NCBI GenBank assembly: GCA_040381095.1
Contig: JBEIHV010000001.1
Span: 32,951 to 96,950, forward strand
Origin: Caldilineaceae bacterium
GTDB taxonomy: Bacteria > Chloroflexota > Anaerolineae > Caldilineales > Caldilineaceae
Direction of reading: 5' to 3'
Length of the DNA stretch: 64,000 nucleotides
Positions within the stretch are counted from its first letter, which is position 1, and every line of letters starts with the position of its first letter. The notes beneath the pieces were generated by a model that saw only the letters and a program-made list of their open reading frames with translations, did not search any database and was not told the DNA's origin. Both the position numbers and the translations under genes were made by a program. Shown here one piece after another: positions 8,767 to 24,671 of this stretch.

Positions 8767-9765
8767 ATGGGTAAAAAGCTTGTAGAGCTCCTCTGGAGCA
8801 CACAGCAGCGCAAGACCTGGACGATCATTCTTGGCGGGTTGCTTTTGGCCAGCCTTCTGATCCGCTTTATTGCGCCGGTTCCTCCGCCACACGTTGCCCT
8901 TTCGGGAGAGCCTCTTTTCTCTGCTGGCCCCAAATGGTTTACCAACTCTGTCTTGACTACCGTGATTGTTGACATCATTTTGTTGGTGTTGGCGCTCTCA
9001 GTTCGCTTTAGCATCAAAGAAATCCCCAGCGGTTTGCAGAATGTGATGGAGACAGTCATCGAGGCCCTTTATGGGCTGGCTGAAAGTGTTGCCGGAAAAA
9101 ACGCTCTCAGATTTTTCCCTTGGGTCGCCACGATTTTTCTCTTTGTCATCATCAGCAACTGGAGTGGGCTGATCCCGGGCGTCGGCAGCATTGGCTTCTA
9201 CCACCCTGTCAAGGAACAGGGGGATGGGCACACCTCGCTGCTGGACAACCAGCTGGCCATGGTTGGGGGCAACATTCTTCTATCTGCGCCTGAGGGTGCC
9301 CAGTCGGCACCAGCCTCTGCTGTGAGCGAAAAGGGAAAGTTTATTCCCCTTTTTCGGGCCCCGAGCACTGACCTCAACGTGACCTTTGCGATCGCCTTGG
9401 CGACGATGGTGATGGTTCAGATTTGGGGCGTGCGCCATCTGGGCAGCAGCTATTTCAACAAGTTTTTCAACTTCAGGGGCCCCAACGGCTTTATGAAAGG
9501 AATCAACGGCTTTGTCAGCATCCTCGAGCTGATCTCTGAGATTTCCCGTATCATCGCCTTTGGGTTTCGTCTGTTCGGCAACATCTTTGCTGGCGAAATT
9601 GTGTTGGCCACGATGGCATTTTTGATCGCCTTCTTGTTGCCGGTTCCATTTTATGTGTTGGAGGTGTTCGTCGGCTTTGTGCAAGCCCTGGTCTTCATGA
9701 TGCTGGCTCTGGTCTTTTTCCAGATGGCGACCATCAGCCACGGCAGCCACGACGGACATCATTGA
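8767..9765 (+). CDS. atpB: F0F1 ATP synthase subunit a
   Basis: [13 protein letters not shown] contains the conserved essential Arg. GAAGGAG at 8749-8755 favours the ATG at 8767 over the listed 8725. Position is upstream of subunit c. Confidence 0.9.
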   Translation: MGKKLVELLWSTQQRKTWTIILGGLLLASLLIRFIAPVPPPHVALSGEPLFSAGPKWFTNSVLTTVIVDIILLVLALSVRFSIKEIPSGLQNVMETVIEALYGLAESVAGKNALRFFPWVATIFLFVIISNWSGLIPGVGSIGFYHPVKEQGDGHTSLLDNQLAMVGGNILLSAPEGAQSAPASAVSEKGKFIPLFRAPSTDLNVTFAIALATMVMVQIWGVRHLGSSYFNKFFNFRGPNGFMKGINGFVSILELISEISRIIAFGFRLFGNIFAGEIVLATMAFLIAFLLPVPFYVLEVFVGFVQALVFMMLALVFFQMATISHGSHDGHH

Positions 9766-9823
9766 TAGATTCAAACGACTTTTGAATTTGATCGGGTCAT
9801 CTCATTCACCAAAAGGAGATTAA

Positions 9824-10054
<231 letters not shown>

Positions 10055-10249
10055 GTCAGGTAGAGCGATCGCAGCGTTTTGGCTCAACTTTGGCAAGCCA
10101 GAGTTCAGGCCGGTCAGCGACGGCAGCGTTTTGCAGGCCAACCGTCCTGCACGGAGCTCCCTGCACGCGGCTCTTCTCTGGCAATCGAGGCTGCTGACAG
10201 CTCTCTCGCCCCAACCGATGTGACCGCAGGTTGAAGAAGGAGGCAAATT

Positions 10250-10747
<498 letters not shown>

Positions 10748-10751
<4 letters not shown>

Positions 10752-11278
10752 GCAGCAAACAAGAGCGTGTAAACCGCTATGCCCAGGCCCTCTGGCTGGC
10801 CCAACTGGAACGCTGGCAACAGGCCTTCGGCCAGGCGTCAAAGGCCCTTGCCGACGCCGAGCTGGCCGCCCTTCTGGTGGATGGCAACAAGAGCGGTGCC
10901 GACAAAGCCGCCGCTCTTGCTGCCACGTTGCCCGCCGATTTCCCCGCAGAAGTTGCCAATTTGATCAAGGTGATGGTTGATGCGGGCGACAGCACTCTGG
11001 TCGCCGATGTGGCTGGCCGGATGGCCCAGATCGCGTCTGGTCGCAGCGAGTCGGTGAAAGCAGAGATCACCAGCGCCATCGAGCTGAGCGACAGCGAGAT
11101 GGACGAGCTGCGCAAGCGGCTCACCGCCGAATATGGGGCTGGGTTGACCATCAGCTTTGCCGTGGACCCGTCGCTGATGGGGGGGCTGCGGGTGCGGGTC
11201 GGAGACCGGTTGATCGACAATTCGGTGGCAACACGGCTCGCGACATTGCGAGAGTCGATCGCCTCCGTCATCCGCTAA
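10748..11278 (+). CDS. atpH: F0F1 ATP synthase subunit delta (OSCP)
   Basis: ATGA overlap with atpF. N-terminal RYAQAL and the C-terminal [20 protein letters not shown] pattern fit the OSCP family. Confidence 0.85.
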
Positions 11279-11414
11279 ACGCTCGTCGGCTGGGACACGG
11301 GATGCCCCGTGTGCAGCAGCTCGGTTGCTACAGCTCGGCTGCTACACCCAAACCTTTTGCTGGCCAGCTTGCAACCGTGCGGCAAGCAGCACGTTATAGG
11401 AGGAAATAAGTCCA

Positions 11415-12932
<1,518 letters not shown>

Positions 12933-12947
12933 CAGGGAAGAACTACC

Positions 12948-13895
12948 TTGGCGAACCTAATTCGTGAGATCCGACGCCGTATCCGTTCGGTAAAAAATAT
13001 TGCGCAAGTGACCAAGGCCATGGAGGCGGTCTCGGCTGCCAAGATGCGCAAGGCACAGCAGCAGGTGTTGGCGACCCGCCCCTATGCGGAGCAGGCACAC
13101 GAAGTGCTGAGCTATGTTGCGCGTCTGACCAGCACTGAGAGCGAACTCAACCCGCTCATCACCCAGCGACCGGTGAAACGGTCGGAAATTCTGCTGGTGA
13201 CTGCCGACCGTGGACTGGCAGGCGGTTTCAACGCCAATGTGCTGCGCCGTGTTGCGCAGCTGATGCGGGCAAAACGCCAGGCTGGGGCTGAGGTGACAGT
13301 AGTTGCGGTCGGCAAAAAAGGACGAGAATGGCTGCTGCGCTACGACCCGGTCGTGCGGGCCGAATTCACCGGGATGCCAGACAACCCGACCATCTACGAC
13401 ATCGGCCCGATCGCACGCATCTTGATCGACGACTATCTTTCCGGGTATGCCGACGAAGTGTTGATGGTCTACACCGACTATGTCAACACGATTCAACAGG
13501 TGCCGGTCGTTCACAAGCTGCTGCCGGTCGTGCCTTCCGAGCCTTCGGCGACGATGGCCCCAGAATACATCTTCGAGCCCTCGCCCGACGCCGTGCTCAG
13601 CCGAGTCTTGTATGGGTTTACCGAAGTGCAGATTTTGCAGGCACTCTACGAATCGTTGGCCAGCGAGCATTCGGCGCGCATGGTGGCGATGCGCAACGCC
13701 ACCGATGCGGCAGGAGAGTTGATCGACGACCTGACCCTCACGTACAACAAGGCGCGACAGAGCGCTATCACCAGCGAACTGATCGATATTGTCGGTGGAA
13801 CAAGCGCCTTGGAAAATAAGCAAAATACGAAAACTGCCGGCGGCAACGACTGGCTGCCGGTCGAGCTGGAGCGAAATGCGTTGCCAGTGGCTTGA
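12948..13895 (+). CDS. atpG: F0F1 ATP synthase subunit gamma
   Basis: TTG start. N-terminus [30 protein letters not shown] and C-terminal [11 protein letters not shown] match the family. It carries about 27 extra C-terminal residues. Confidence 0.93.
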   Translation: MANLIREIRRRIRSVKNIAQVTKAMEAVSAAKMRKAQQQVLATRPYAEQAHEVLSYVARLTSTESELNPLITQRPVKRSEILLVTADRGLAGGFNANVLRRVAQLMRAKRQAGAEVTVVAVGKKGREWLLRYDPVVRAEFTGMPDNPTIYDIGPIARILIDDYLSGYADEVLMVYTDYVNTIQQVPVVHKLLPVVPSEPSATMAPEYIFEPSPDAVLSRVLYGFTEVQILQALYESLASEHSARMVAMRNATDAAGELIDDLTLTYNKARQSAITSELIDIVGGTSALENKQNTKTAGGNDWLPVELERNALPVA

Positions 13896-13965
13896 CAAGT
13901 TCCTACGGATCTCTGGACCGCAGGGCACTGACTCCGCTGCGACACAGATGCTGAAAAGTGCATGA

Positions 13966-15390
<1,425 letters not shown>

Positions 15391-15401
15391 GGAGCAGTTC
15401 T

Positions 15402-15851
15402 ATGCCAATCAAAGTCGACATCGTCTCCCCTGACAAAAGACTTTACAGCGGCGAGGTCGAAATGGTCACGCTGCCGGGCAGCAACGGACAGATGAGCATT
15501 TTGCATGGACATGCCCCGCTGTTGTCGACGCTCGACACTGGTGAAATCGTGCTGCACCGCCGTGAAGGCAAGGACTATCTCGCAGTGAGTGGGGGCTTGG
15601 TGGAGGTGCGGCCCGACAAAGTGACGGTGCTGGCCGATGTTGCAGAAGCTGGCGAAGAGATCGACGAGTCACGCGCCCATGCCGCACTGGAACGGGCAAA
15701 GCAGCTGCTGGCAGAAAACCCGCCGCCGCACAAATTGCCAGAGATCCTGGCTTCGCTGCGCCGCAGCTCGTTGCGTCTCAAAGTTGCACGCCACCATCAA
15801 GGGCGGCGCTCGTCCGGCGGGCTGAACTCCCAGGAAGGGCGCGATCGATAA
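15402..15851 (+). CDS. atpC: F0F1 ATP synthase subunit epsilon
   Basis: 149 aa. N-terminal beta-sandwich pattern ([25 protein letters not shown]) and a helical, basic C-terminal tail. Confidence 0.9.
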   Translation: MPIKVDIVSPDKRLYSGEVEMVTLPGSNGQMSILHGHAPLLSTLDTGEIVLHRREGKDYLAVSGGLVEVRPDKVTVLADVAEAGEEIDESRAHAALERAKQLLAENPPPHKLPEILASLRRSSLRLKVARHHQGRRSSGGLNSQEGRDR

Positions 15852-15876
15852 ACTGGCGTCAAATCTTAAGGTGCGG

Positions 15877-15917
15877 GCGGGTTCCAGAGGTTTATCAGCT
15901 GGAACCCGCTTTTTGTT
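15877..15917 (+). terminator. intrinsic terminator after atpC
   Basis: An 11-bp stem GCGGGTTCCAG (15877-15887) pairs with CTGGAACCCGC (15899-15909), followed by TTTTTGTT. Confidence 0.65.
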
Positions 15918-16000
15918 GGGCCGGTGGCCATCCGCCTGGGTGTACAACCGACGGCCTGCCCGAATGTCAAAATCGAAATATGCCCCGAGAACCTGGCAGT

Positions 16001-16029
16001 TCGACAGAACCCCCGAAAATGCATATAAT
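16001..16029 (+). promoter_or_regulatory. candidate promoter upstream of mreB
   Basis: TCGACA (16001-16006), a 17-nt spacer, then TATAAT (16024-16029). It lies about 80 nt upstream of the mreB start. Confidence 0.35.
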
Positions 16030-16111
16030 AGAGCTGAGGTAATTTTATGTCGTTCCAACATCGGGAACGACAGGAATCCGGTCTGGTTGTGCGTGCAGGT
16101 CAAGTGAACTG

Positions 16112-17137
16112 ATGTTTGGAAAGCATATCGGCATCGATCTGGGGACCGTCAATGTCCTGGTACATGTCAAGGGGCGGGGCATTGTGTTGAACGAGCCGTC
16201 CGTGGTTGCAATTCGGCTGCGAGACAACACCATGGTGGCTGTCGGGCACGAAGCGTACGACATGCTCGGACGGACTCCAGAGAGCATCGAGGTGGCTCGC
16301 CCGATCCGGGACGGCGTGATCGCCGATTTTGTGGTCACCGAAGCGATGCTGCGCTATCTGATCCAGACAGTGGCTGGAGACCCCAATCCGCTTCTGCGTC
16401 CTCTTTTTCGTCCCAAGGTGATGATCAGCACCCCGCGTGGGGTCACCAGCGTCGAAGAACGGGCCGTGCACGACGCTGCCATGCAGGCCGGAGCCGGAGC
16501 TGCCTATTTGATCCCAGAACCGCTGGCCGCAGCCTATGGGGCGGGCCTGCCGATCGGAACGCCGACCGGCAACATGGTGGTGGACATGGGGGGGGGCACC
16601 ACCGAGGCTGCGGTGGCCTCGATGTACGACATTGTGGTTTGGAGCAGCGTGCGAATCGGGGGCAACCGTTTCGACGAGGCCATTGTCAACTATGTACGCA
16701 AGAAGTACAACCTGCTGATCGGCGAACAGACCGCCGAAGAGATCAAAATTGCGATCGGCAGCGCGCTGCCGCTGGAAGATGACCGCCTGACCGAGGTGCG
16801 GGGCCGCGACCAGGTGACAGGCCTCCCCAAGATCATCCAGATCAGCAGTGGGGAGGTGACCGAGGCATTGCAGGAGCCCCTGCGTGCAGTGGTCAGCACG
16901 GTGCGTGCCACGCTGGAGAAGACCCCACCTGAGCTGGCTGCCGACATCATCGACCGGGGTATGGTGCTGACAGGGGGCAGCTCGCAGCTGCGCAACATTG
17001 CCCAGCTGCTGACCCAGGAGACAGGGGTGCCCGCCTATGTGGCCGAAAACCCGATCGCCTGTGTGGCGTTGGGGGCAGGGCGTGCGCTGGAAAACTATGA
17101 GATCATGCGCCGCAGCCTGCCGATTGTACCCGACTGA
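16112..17137 (+). CDS. mreB: rod-shape-determining actin homologue MreB
   Basis: 341 aa. Motifs [37 protein letters not shown]. No mreC/mreD genes are adjacent. Confidence 0.95.
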   Translation: MFGKHIGIDLGTVNVLVHVKGRGIVLNEPSVVAIRLRDNTMVAVGHEAYDMLGRTPESIEVARPIRDGVIADFVVTEAMLRYLIQTVAGDPNPLLRPLFRPKVMISTPRGVTSVEERAVHDAAMQAGAGAAYLIPEPLAAAYGAGLPIGTPTGNMVVDMGGGTTEAAVASMYDIVVWSSVRIGGNRFDEAIVNYVRKKYNLLIGEQTAEEIKIAIGSALPLEDDRLTEVRGRDQVTGLPKIIQISSGEVTEALQEPLRAVVSTVRATLEKTPPELAADIIDRGMVLTGGSSQLRNIAQLLTQETGVPAYVAENPIACVALGAGRALENYEIMRRSLPIVPD

Positions 17138-17353
17138 AGAGGGCGGGCTGCAGCCGTTTATTTTGTTTGGCAGGGCAGCGGGTTTGACGAATCGTGTAAA
17201 AGAGAATACAATTTTAGACATATCTCCACAGAAAGTTGGTAACGCGAGTTTGACTGTAAAAAGCAAAAAGTTTGTGATTCCGGCTGCGGCTTTGGAATTG
17301 TTGTCCTCTAATACCACAACAGCGCACATCCTGAACAACCAACCAAGAAAACC

Positions 17354-17755
17354 ATGATGAGCAAACGCACAGTTGTCAGCACAACCGACGCGCCTGCCGC
17401 GCTGGGCCCTTATTCACAGGCAATCCGGGCAGGTCAGTTCTTGTTTATGTCTGGCCAGCTGGGGTTAGACCCGGCGACCGGTCAGTTGGCAGAAGGTGTT
17501 GAAGCACAGACCCGCCAGGTGCTGGCCAATTTGCAGGCAGTCTTGGCTGCTGCAGGTGCTGGAGTCGCACAGGTTGTCAAAGCGACCATCTTTCTGGCGG
17601 ATATGGCCGATTTTGCCCTGGTCAACCGGCTGTACGGGGAGGTTTTCACCCACGAACCGCCGGCGCGCAGCACAGTCCAGGTGGCCGCCTTGCCCAGAAA
17701 TGGGCGGGTGGAGATCGAGTTGATCGTATTGTTGGATGAATCACCACTCGGGTGA
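17354..17755 (+). CDS. ridA: RidA/YjgF-family reactive-intermediate deaminase
   Basis: 133 aa. APAALGPYSQAIRAGQFLFMSGQLGLDP and the PARSTVQVAALPRNGRVEIE C-terminus are typical of the family. Confidence 0.9.
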   Translation: MMSKRTVVSTTDAPAALGPYSQAIRAGQFLFMSGQLGLDPATGQLAEGVEAQTRQVLANLQAVLAAAGAGVAQVVKATIFLADMADFALVNRLYGEVFTHEPPARSTVQVAALPRNGRVEIELIVLLDESPLG

Positions 17756-17782
17756 TGGAATTATATTTGTTCGCGGAGGATT

Positions 17783-19009
17783 TTGGGCTGTATGAGTGAA
17801 GTTCGAAGCATGGCGGGTGCTGCACAGAGCTGGCTGGCTGGAGGGATCGATTATCAAAATCACCCGATGGCGGCCTTGCTGGATGAGATCGATCGTTCTC
17901 TGCAAGAGCCGATCTCTGGAGAGATCCGCACCGGGATCGTGGTCGACAAGCGATCGAACGAGATTCTGGTGGACATCGGCTTTAAGTCGGAAGGGGTTGT
18001 CTCTGGGCGTGAGTATGAGCGGATCGGTGAGTCGTTGGAGACCTTGGCGGTAGGGGACTCGGTGCCGGTGTTCATCCTTCGCGAAGATCGAGACGGCAAT
18101 GTGCAGTTGAGTATCAGCCGTGCACTGGCTGAGAAGGACTGGGAACGGGCCGAGGGGCTGATGCAGAGCCAGGAGATCTTCGAGTGTCCGGTGGATTCTT
18201 TCAACCGGGGAGGGGTGATCGTGCGCCTTGGGCAGGTACGAGGCTTTGTGCCTGCCAGCCAGTTGACCAGCGCGCCGGTCGTCAACAGCGAGGAGGATGC
18301 CGACGCTCGCTATGCGCCGTTGATGGGAGATCTGCTCAAGCTGAAGGTGATCGACATCGACCGCAAACGCAACCGTTTGATCCTTTCGGAACGGCTGGCA
18401 ATGCGGGATTGGCGCCGCCAGCAGAAGGACCAGCTGTTGGAGACGTTGCGCGAAGGGCTGGTGATGGAAGGGCTGATCAGCAGCATCGCCGATTTCGGCG
18501 CTTTCGTGGACCTGGGCGGTGCAGACGGCCTGATCCATCTGAGCGAATTGAGCTGGAATCGGGTCACCCACCCCAGCGAAGTGGTGAAGGTCGGTGAAAA
18601 GGTCAAGGTGCAAATTTTGAGCGTCGACGCTGACCGGCGTCGCATCGGATTGAGCCTGCGCCGGTTGATTCCTCAACCTTGGGAAATTATTGACAACACC
18701 TACCAGGTCGGCCAGATCGTCCAGGGGCGGATCACCAAGCTGGTGAACTTTGGGGCCTTTGCCCGCCTGGTCGATACTGGGATCGAAGGGTTGATCCACA
18801 TCAGCGAACTGGCCGAGCGCCGTGTCGCTCACCCCAAAGAAGCGGTCGGCGAAGGGGATGTCTACCCGCTGCGGATCATCCGCATCGAGAGCGACAAACG
18901 CCGGCTCGGGTTGAGCCTCAAACAGGCCCTGCCCGAACCAGAAGTAGACTGGCAGATTGCCCCGAGTGGTGAGTCCAGCCAGGCTGTGAGTCCAACGGTC
19001 GCAGCCTGA
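17783..19009 (+). CDS. rpsA: 30S ribosomal protein S1 (four S1 domains)
   Basis: 408 aa with four repeats of the S1 OB-fold pattern (G.V......G..V.L..V.GF/LIH.SEL). The exact start is uncertain. Confidence 0.85.
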   Translation: MGCMSEVRSMAGAAQSWLAGGIDYQNHPMAALLDEIDRSLQEPISGEIRTGIVVDKRSNEILVDIGFKSEGVVSGREYERIGESLETLAVGDSVPVFILREDRDGNVQLSISRALAEKDWERAEGLMQSQEIFECPVDSFNRGGVIVRLGQVRGFVPASQLTSAPVVNSEEDADARYAPLMGDLLKLKVIDIDRKRNRLILSERLAMRDWRRQQKDQLLETLREGLVMEGLISSIADFGAFVDLGGADGLIHLSELSWNRVTHPSEVVKVGEKVKVQILSVDADRRRIGLSLRRLIPQPWEIIDNTYQVGQIVQGRITKLVNFGAFARLVDTGIEGLIHISELAERRVAHPKEAVGEGDVYPLRIIRIESDKRRLGLSLKQALPEPEVDWQIAPSGESSQAVSPTVAA

Positions 19010-19048
19010 CCCAGGCAGCTGCCGGCTGCAGAAAGTTGACTCCAAAAC

Positions 19049-19077
19049 CAGAAGGCGCGGGCAACCCGCGCCTTCTG
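19049..19077 (+). terminator. strong GC hairpin downstream of rpsA (terminator-like, no U tract on the + strand)
   Basis: A perfect 13-bp stem, CAGAAGGCGCGGG / CCCGCGCCTTCTG, with loop CAA. The T run is on the opposite strand only. Confidence 0.35.
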
Positions 19078-19128
19078 TTGCGTCAACCTGCGTTGTCTCT
19101 ACCCCGCAAAAATCGTCGAGAGAGTTGC

Positions 19129-19157
19129 TTGCCAAGATCCAAACTGCTCATTACAAT
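19129..19157 (+). promoter_or_regulatory. candidate promoter upstream of clpC
   Basis: TTGCCA (19129-19134), a 17-nt spacer, then TACAAT (19152-19157). It lies about 150 nt upstream of the clpC start. Confidence 0.35.
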
Positions 19158-19307
19158 GATACCATCATGCACTCGACAGGTGCCCGTTTTGTCCGGTGAG
19201 GGCAAGCAGGGGCATGAAGGGGAACAGCACTTACTGCCGAACCTTGCCTAGCTCTGCTATGCTACTCAAAGTGACTGGCCGTATTCGTTGTACGAGGAAA
19301 GAACGCT

Positions 19308-21830
19308 ATGTCTGACAAACTAGATCGCTTTACCAAGCGCGCTCGCCGCGTGCTGACGTTGGCGCAGGAAGAAGCGCTCAGGCTCAACCACAACTACATT
19401 GGAACCGAGCATCTGTTGTTGGGATTGGTGCGCGAGGAAAACGGGGTGGCTGTCAAGGTGTTGCGCGAGCTGGGTGTTGAGCCAGTCCAGATCATTCGTG
19501 CCGTCGAGCGAACCGTCGGGCGTGGAGAACGCCCTCCGTTTGGGAAGCCGACGCTGGCTCCCCGCACCAAACGTGTGATCGAACTGGCCGTCGACGAAGC
19601 CCGTCTGATGGGCCACCATTACATCGGCACCGAGCATCTGCTGTTGGGGCTTGTGCGAGAAGGGGAAGGGATCGCCGTCAACGTGCTGCGCGGGCTTGGC
19701 ATCAACCTGGACCGAGTGCGGACCCAGACGGCGCGCAACATCCTGCAAAGCCAGGCCCAGAGCAAGGACAAACAGAAAAAAGAGTCCAAAACCCCTTTGG
19801 TCGACCAGCTTGGCTATGATATGACCGCTGCCGCCGAAGAGGGCAAGCTTGACCCGGTGGTCGGCCGCCAGCCTGAAATCGAACGTGTGATCCAAATTTT
19901 GAGCCGGCGCACCAAAAACAACCCGGCGCTGATCGGCGAACCTGGCGTGGGCAAGACTGCGATCGTCGAAGGGCTGGCCCAGCGGATCATCGACGGCGAC
20001 GTGCCCGAACCGCTGCTCAACAAACGGCTGTTGATGCTGGATGTCGGCAGCCTGGTGGCAGGCACCATGTACCGGGGCCAGTTTGAAGAGCGGCTGAAAA
20101 AGGTGATCGAAGAAGTCGTGACCTCACAGTCGATCCTCTTTATCGACGAAGTCCACATGTTGGTGGGCGCAGGGGCTGCCGGGAGCAGCGTCGATGCCGC
20201 CAATATCCTGAAGCCCGCCCTCAGCCGGGGTGAGCTGCAGGTGATCGGCGCGACGACGCTGGACGAATACCGCAAACATGTCGAGAGCGATGCTGCGCTC
20301 GAACGGCGCTTCCAGCCGATCCTGGTCGCCGAGCCCTCGGTCGAAGAGACGATCGAGATCTTGCGAGGGGTGCGCTCCCGCTACGAAGAGCACCACAAGT
20401 TGATCATCACCGACGAAGCCCTCCACTCTGCCGCCCATCTGGCGGCCCGCTATGTTCCTGACCGGTTCATGCCCGACAAAGCGATCGACTTGATCGACGA
20501 GGCAGGCAGCCGCGTGCGCATGTACAAGGCCCCTTACGCCGCCAACCTGCGTGAGACCTTTATGAGCCTGCGCAAGCTGCAGAAGGAAAAGGAAGAGGCG
20601 ATGGACACCCAGCGCTACGACGATGCCATCGACCTGCGTTACCGAGAGGTCGAACTCGAGGCCCGAATCAACGAGCTGCGTGAAGGCTGGAATGAGGCTG
20701 CCAATCAGCCCAAGGTGACCGCCGAAGACATCGCTGAAGTGGTGGCCATGTGGACAGGGGTTCCGGTCAGCCGGATCGCCGGCGAAGAACGCGAACGGCT
20801 GCTGGAAATGGAACGGGTGATGCACCAGCGCATCATCGGACAGGACGAACCGATCAAGGCGATTGCCAAAGCGGTGCGTCGAGCACGGGCCGGTCTCAAA
20901 GACCCCAAACGCCCGATCGGCAGTTTTATGTTCCTGGGCCCGACCGGCATTGGCAAGACGCTGCTGGCCAAGACGCTGGCCGAGTTCATGTTCGGCAGCG
21001 AAGAAGCGCTGATCAAGCTGGACATGAGCGAATTCATGGAACGCCACAATGTCAGCCGGCTGGTCGGCGCCCCGCCCGGCTATGTTGGCTACGAAGAGGG
21101 GGGGCAGCTCACCGAAGCGGTGCGCCGGCGCCCGTACAGCGTCATCCTGCTGGACGAAATCGAAAAGGCGCACCCAGAAGCCTTCAACATGTTGTTGCAG
21201 ATTATGGAGGACGGCTACCTCTCCGACGCCAAAGGGAGACGGGTCGATTTCCGCAACACCCTGCTCCTCATGACCAGCAACATCGGCGCCAAACTCATCC
21301 AGGGTGCCAAAGGGCTTGGTTTTGTGATCTCGCAAGAAGCAGAGAATGAACGTCGCGAGAGCGAGTACGAAAAGATGAAAAACAAGGTGATGGAAGCCCT
21401 CAAAAAAACCTTCCGCCCCGAATTCATCAACCGTCTCGATGGAATTATGGTCTTCCGCAGCCTCAGCAAAGAGGAAATTGCCCAGATCGTCGAGCTGGAA
21501 CTGCGCCCGCTGCGTCTGCAGATGGCGGAACAGGAGATGTCGTTGCTCCTGACTGCGGCTGCCCGCCTGGCGATCGCAGAAGCAGGCTATGACCCCGAAT
21601 ATGGAGCTCGCCCGCTGCGCCGTGTCATCCAAAACCAGATCCAGGATCCACTCAGCGAAGGCATGCTCTCAGAGAAGTATGTGGCAGGCGACACGATCAC
21701 AGTCGACTACCGTGAGGTAGTCGAGGAAGATGGCAGCATCGCCAAAAAATTTGTCTTTGAAATCACCGAACACAAAGCCAGCGCGTCTTCGGTTGAACCT
21801 GTCGACGAACTGGCCATGTTGCTCCAGTAA
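19308..21830 (+). CDS. clpC: ATP-dependent Clp protease ATP-binding subunit ClpC
   Basis: 840 aa. Duplicated Clp_N repeat ([14 protein letters not shown] twice), two AAA+ Walker A sites ([21 protein letters not shown]), and a linker with a UVR-like segment. Confidence 0.95.
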   Translation: MSDKLDRFTKRARRVLTLAQEEALRLNHNYIGTEHLLLGLVREENGVAVKVLRELGVEPVQIIRAVERTVGRGERPPFGKPTLAPRTKRVIELAVDEARLMGHHYIGTEHLLLGLVREGEGIAVNVLRGLGINLDRVRTQTARNILQSQAQSKDKQKKESKTPLVDQLGYDMTAAAEEGKLDPVVGRQPEIERVIQILSRRTKNNPALIGEPGVGKTAIVEGLAQRIIDGDVPEPLLNKRLLMLDVGSLVAGTMYRGQFEERLKKVIEEVVTSQSILFIDEVHMLVGAGAAGSSVDAANILKPALSRGELQVIGATTLDEYRKHVESDAALERRFQPILVAEPSVEETIEILRGVRSRYEEHHKLIITDEALHSAAHLAARYVPDRFMPDKAIDLIDEAGSRVRMYKAPYAANLRETFMSLRKLQKEKEEAMDTQRYDDAIDLRYREVELEARINELREGWNEAANQPKVTAEDIAEVVAMWTGVPVSRIAGEERERLLEMERVMHQRIIGQDEPIKAIAKAVRRARAGLKDPKRPIGSFMFLGPTGIGKTLLAKTLAEFMFGSEEALIKLDMSEFMERHNVSRLVGAPPGYVGYEEGGQLTEAVRRRPYSVILLDEIEKAHPEAFNMLLQIMEDGYLSDAKGRRVDFRNTLLLMTSNIGAKLIQGAKGLGFVISQEAENERRESEYEKMKNKVMEALKKTFRPEFINRLDGIMVFRSLSKEEIAQIVELELRPLRLQMAEQEMSLLLTAAARLAIAEAGYDPEYGARPLRRVIQNQIQDPLSEGMLSEKYVAGDTITVDYREVVEEDGSIAKKFVFEITEHKASASSVEPVDELAMLLQ

Positions 21831-21948
21831 CGGTACAGAAGCTACCTGAGCACAGGCCTTGTCAGACCCGGTGTGCCGACAGCGTGCCGGGTACGCTGTG
21901 AGGCATGTGGCCTCTGGAGGAATCAGGCCGAAACGAGATCGGAAGACC

Positions 21949-22842
21949 ATGACAGAGCGAATTGGGTTTGTAGGGTTGGGGATCATGGGGCAGGGCATGG
22001 CGGCCAATCTGCTCAAAGCCGGCTACCCATTGACAGTCTGGAATCGCACAGCGGCCCGCATGGAGCGGCTGGTGGCCGAGGGGGCTCGGGCTGGCGAGAG
22101 CCCAGCAGCGGTGGCTGCAGCCAGCGACCTCGTGATCGTCTGCGTCAGCGATACCCCAGATGTCCAGGCCGTGTTGCTGGGCGCAGAGGGGGTGTTGCAG
22201 GGAGCACAGCCAGGGTCGCTGGTGGTCGACTGCAGCACGATCAGCCCGCAGGCTACCCGTGAACTGGCGGCGGCGGCGGCGGCGCGCGGCGTGGCCATGC
22301 TCGATGCCCCGGTCAGCGGGGGCAGCGAGGGAGCTGCCAAAGGAACGCTGAGCATCATGGTCGGTGGGGAGCCGTCAGCGTACGAACGGGCCCTGCCGGT
22401 CTTGCAAGCCATGGGCAAAACAATCACCCATGTCGGCGGGCACGGTGCTGGCCAGACAGTCAAGCTGGTCAACCAAGTGTTGGTCGTCGGAAACTGTATC
22501 GCCATGTGCGAGGCGTTGCTGTTGGCCCAGGCAGGGGGTGTCGACCTGGCCAAAACCTATTCAGCTGTCAGCCAGGGTGCGGCCGGGAGCTGGATGTTCA
22601 CCAACCGGGCGCCTCAGATTCTGCGTCGCGACTGGAGCCCTGGCTTCACTGTTGACCTCCAACAGAAAGATCTGCGGCTGGTGCTCGAAGCGGCCGACGA
22701 GCTGGGGGTGCCGCTGCCGGTGACTGGGCTGATCTTTCAGCTCTACCGCACCCTGCAGGCTCAGGGGCTGGGCGGCGAGGGCAACCATGCGCTGGCCAAA
22801 GCTTTGGAACACCTGGCCGGTTTCACCATCGGGCCGGCTTGA
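21949..22842 (+). CDS. NAD(P)-dependent 3-hydroxyisobutyrate / 2-hydroxy-3-oxopropionate dehydrogenase family oxidoreductase
   Basis: The ATG at 21949 gives the N-terminus MTERIGFVGLGIMGQGMA (Rossmann GxGxxG). DAPVSGG and the conserved KL.NQ segment are present. The listed ORF starts 90 nt earlier. Confidence 0.85.
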   Translation: MTERIGFVGLGIMGQGMAANLLKAGYPLTVWNRTAARMERLVAEGARAGESPAAVAAASDLVIVCVSDTPDVQAVLLGAEGVLQGAQPGSLVVDCSTISPQATRELAAAAAARGVAMLDAPVSGGSEGAAKGTLSIMVGGEPSAYERALPVLQAMGKTITHVGGHGAGQTVKLVNQVLVVGNCIAMCEALLLAQAGGVDLAKTYSAVSQGAAGSWMFTNRAPQILRRDWSPGFTVDLQQKDLRLVLEAADELGVPLPVTGLIFQLYRTLQAQGLGGEGNHALAKALEHLAGFTIGPA

Positions 22843-23148
22843 GGCGCGGTCGACGGGTTCTTTGGGGGAAGCTCCCTGCAGAGAGCCGCACAGGAGGGGA
22901 GCAAGTGTACTGGCGCAAAGTGCGTGTCCCCCAGGCCTGGCCGCTGACAAACTGACTGGCCGCCTTCGTCTGTTTGATCGTGCGGCGCAACATGTCAGCT
23001 TGACAGACAGGAATTTGACCTGTGCACTCCGCTTCAGGGGTTCAACGAGTGCAGAGGTGCGCAAGACTTTAATCATGCGAACTAGTGTGCCACGAAAGGA
23101 GGAAAACGGCTTTTTCCACCTGTTTGGGTGGTTTCTGCCGCCAAACCG

Positions 23149-24627
23149 ATGATCAAACGATTGAGGATAGTCGCGCTGCTGGTTGCTGTTGTTGCAACAG
23201 CTGGGTGGTGGGTTTACGACCGTTATCTGGCGCCGATCCAGGCACAGAGCGACGAACCGACCTATGAGACTGTTGTGGTCCAGCGGGGTGCGATCGCCAG
23301 CACGGTCAGCGCGACCGGAAGTATCGAACCAGAAGACCAGGTGTCGCTGCTCTTTCGCAGCGCCGGCATGGTGGCCGACGTCTTGGTCGACGTCGGCCAG
23401 TTTGTCGAGCGAGGCCAGCTGCTGGCACAGCTTGAGACGACGGAGCTGACACTGGCCCTTGCCAATGCCAAAGTTGCCCACGAGATCGCCGCTGCGCAGC
23501 TGGCCAAGCTGGAGACTCCACCAGATTGGATGGATGTGGCTGCCGCTCAGGCTGCGGTCGAGGTTGCCCAGGCAGCGGTTGCCAGCGCTGAAGCGTCGTT
23601 GGCCAGCGCCCAGGCCAGCTACCGAAACCTGTTTGCGGGCCCGACCAGTGCACAGCAGGTGATCAACGAAGCACAGCTGCGCCAGTCCGAAATCGCCCTC
23701 AAACAGGCACAGGAAGCCTACAACAAGGTCAAAGACCAGCCCGATGTCGGGATGATGCCCCAGTCCCAGCAATTGGAACAGGCCACTGTCAACTACGAAG
23801 TTGCCAAAGCCCAGGCCGAAAAGACCGTCGAACCGGCGAACCAGGCCCAGCAGGCCCAGGGGCTGACCCAGATTGCCCAGGCCCAGTCCTCGATCCGACA
23901 GGCCCAGGTGCAGGTAGTGAACGCCCGCAACAATTTGGACGACCTGATCGAAGGGCCTGCCGCCGAAGATCTGACGATTGCCCGCGCCCAGGTTCGCCAG
24001 GCACAGCTGAATGTGCTCCAGGCTGAAAATGCTTTGGCAAATGCCCGTCTGGTTGCCCCGATCGCGGGGGTGGTCAGCGAGGTCAACATCAAGCTGGCCG
24101 AGCTGGCTGCCAGCACCCGCCCGGCTGTAGTGCTGACCGACCTGAGCCGGTTCCAGCTTAACGTGCTGGTCGACGAGATCGATGTCCGGCAGGTTGCGGT
24201 GGGGCAAAGCGTGCGGCTGAGCGTCGATGCTCTGCCAGACATCACGATCCTCGGCCAGGTGACCGAGATCGCCCCTGTCTCTTCGATCGTCAACAATGTG
24301 GTCGCCTATGCGGTGACCGTGGTCCCTGAAGAGACCGACCAGCCGCTCCGGGTAGGGATGAGCGCGACAGCAGTCATCACCACCGCCGATGTCGACGACG
24401 TCGTGCTGGCCCCCAACCGCTTTATCACGATCGACCGCGACAGCGGCGAAGCCTATGTGTTCAAAATGGTCGACGGCTCCCCGGCGCGCCAGCAGGTTGA
24501 ACTCGGGCTGCGCAATGAACGGGAAAGCCAGATCCTGGCTGGGTTGCAAGACGGGGATGTGCTGGCCTTTGTGACGCAGAGCAGCGAAGAACAGCTGCGT
24601 GGCGCGCTCTTTGGCGGTGGCAACTGA
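23149..24627 (+). CDS. HlyD/MacA-family efflux periplasmic adaptor
   Basis: N-terminal TM anchor ([17 protein letters not shown]), a long Q/A-rich coiled-coil hairpin, and a beta-barrel C-terminus. It sits upstream of the MacB-type ABC pair. Confidence 0.85.
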   Translation: MIKRLRIVALLVAVVATAGWWVYDRYLAPIQAQSDEPTYETVVVQRGAIASTVSATGSIEPEDQVSLLFRSAGMVADVLVDVGQFVERGQLLAQLETTELTLALANAKVAHEIAAAQLAKLETPPDWMDVAAAQAAVEVAQAAVASAEASLASAQASYRNLFAGPTSAQQVINEAQLRQSEIALKQAQEAYNKVKDQPDVGMMPQSQQLEQATVNYEVAKAQAEKTVEPANQAQQAQGLTQIAQAQSSIRQAQVQVVNARNNLDDLIEGPAAEDLTIARAQVRQAQLNVLQAENALANARLVAPIAGVVSEVNIKLAELAASTRPAVVLTDLSRFQLNVLVDEIDVRQVAVGQSVRLSVDALPDITILGQVTEIAPVSSIVNNVVAYAVTVVPEETDQPLRVGMSATAVITTADVDDVVLAPNRFITIDRDSGEAYVFKMVDGSPARQQVELGLRNERESQILAGLQDGDVLAFVTQSSEEQLRGALFGGGN

Positions 24628-24671
24628 ACGCACAGCCCCCAACCGGTGAAATGGAAGAGGGACGTCTTGGT

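Noticed and set aside
15871-16107. A 78-aa + strand ORF between atpC and mreB.
   Set aside because: It overlaps the atp terminator and the mreB promoter-like region, has a basic low-complexity translation, and has no ribosome-binding site.
22561-24642. A 693-aa minus-strand ORF across the dehydrogenase end and the HlyD-family gene. Similar long antisense ORFs occur at 1398..2654, 3451..4674, 12957..14012, 17741..19135, 20124..21632, 40763..42676, 42698..43987, 44521..45702, 45815..47338 and 57603..59249.
   Set aside because: Each lies opposite a gene with strong motif-level identification (atpG/atpD, rpsA, clpC, fabF/fabH, eno, YeeE and others). Each translates to compositionally biased sequence without domains.
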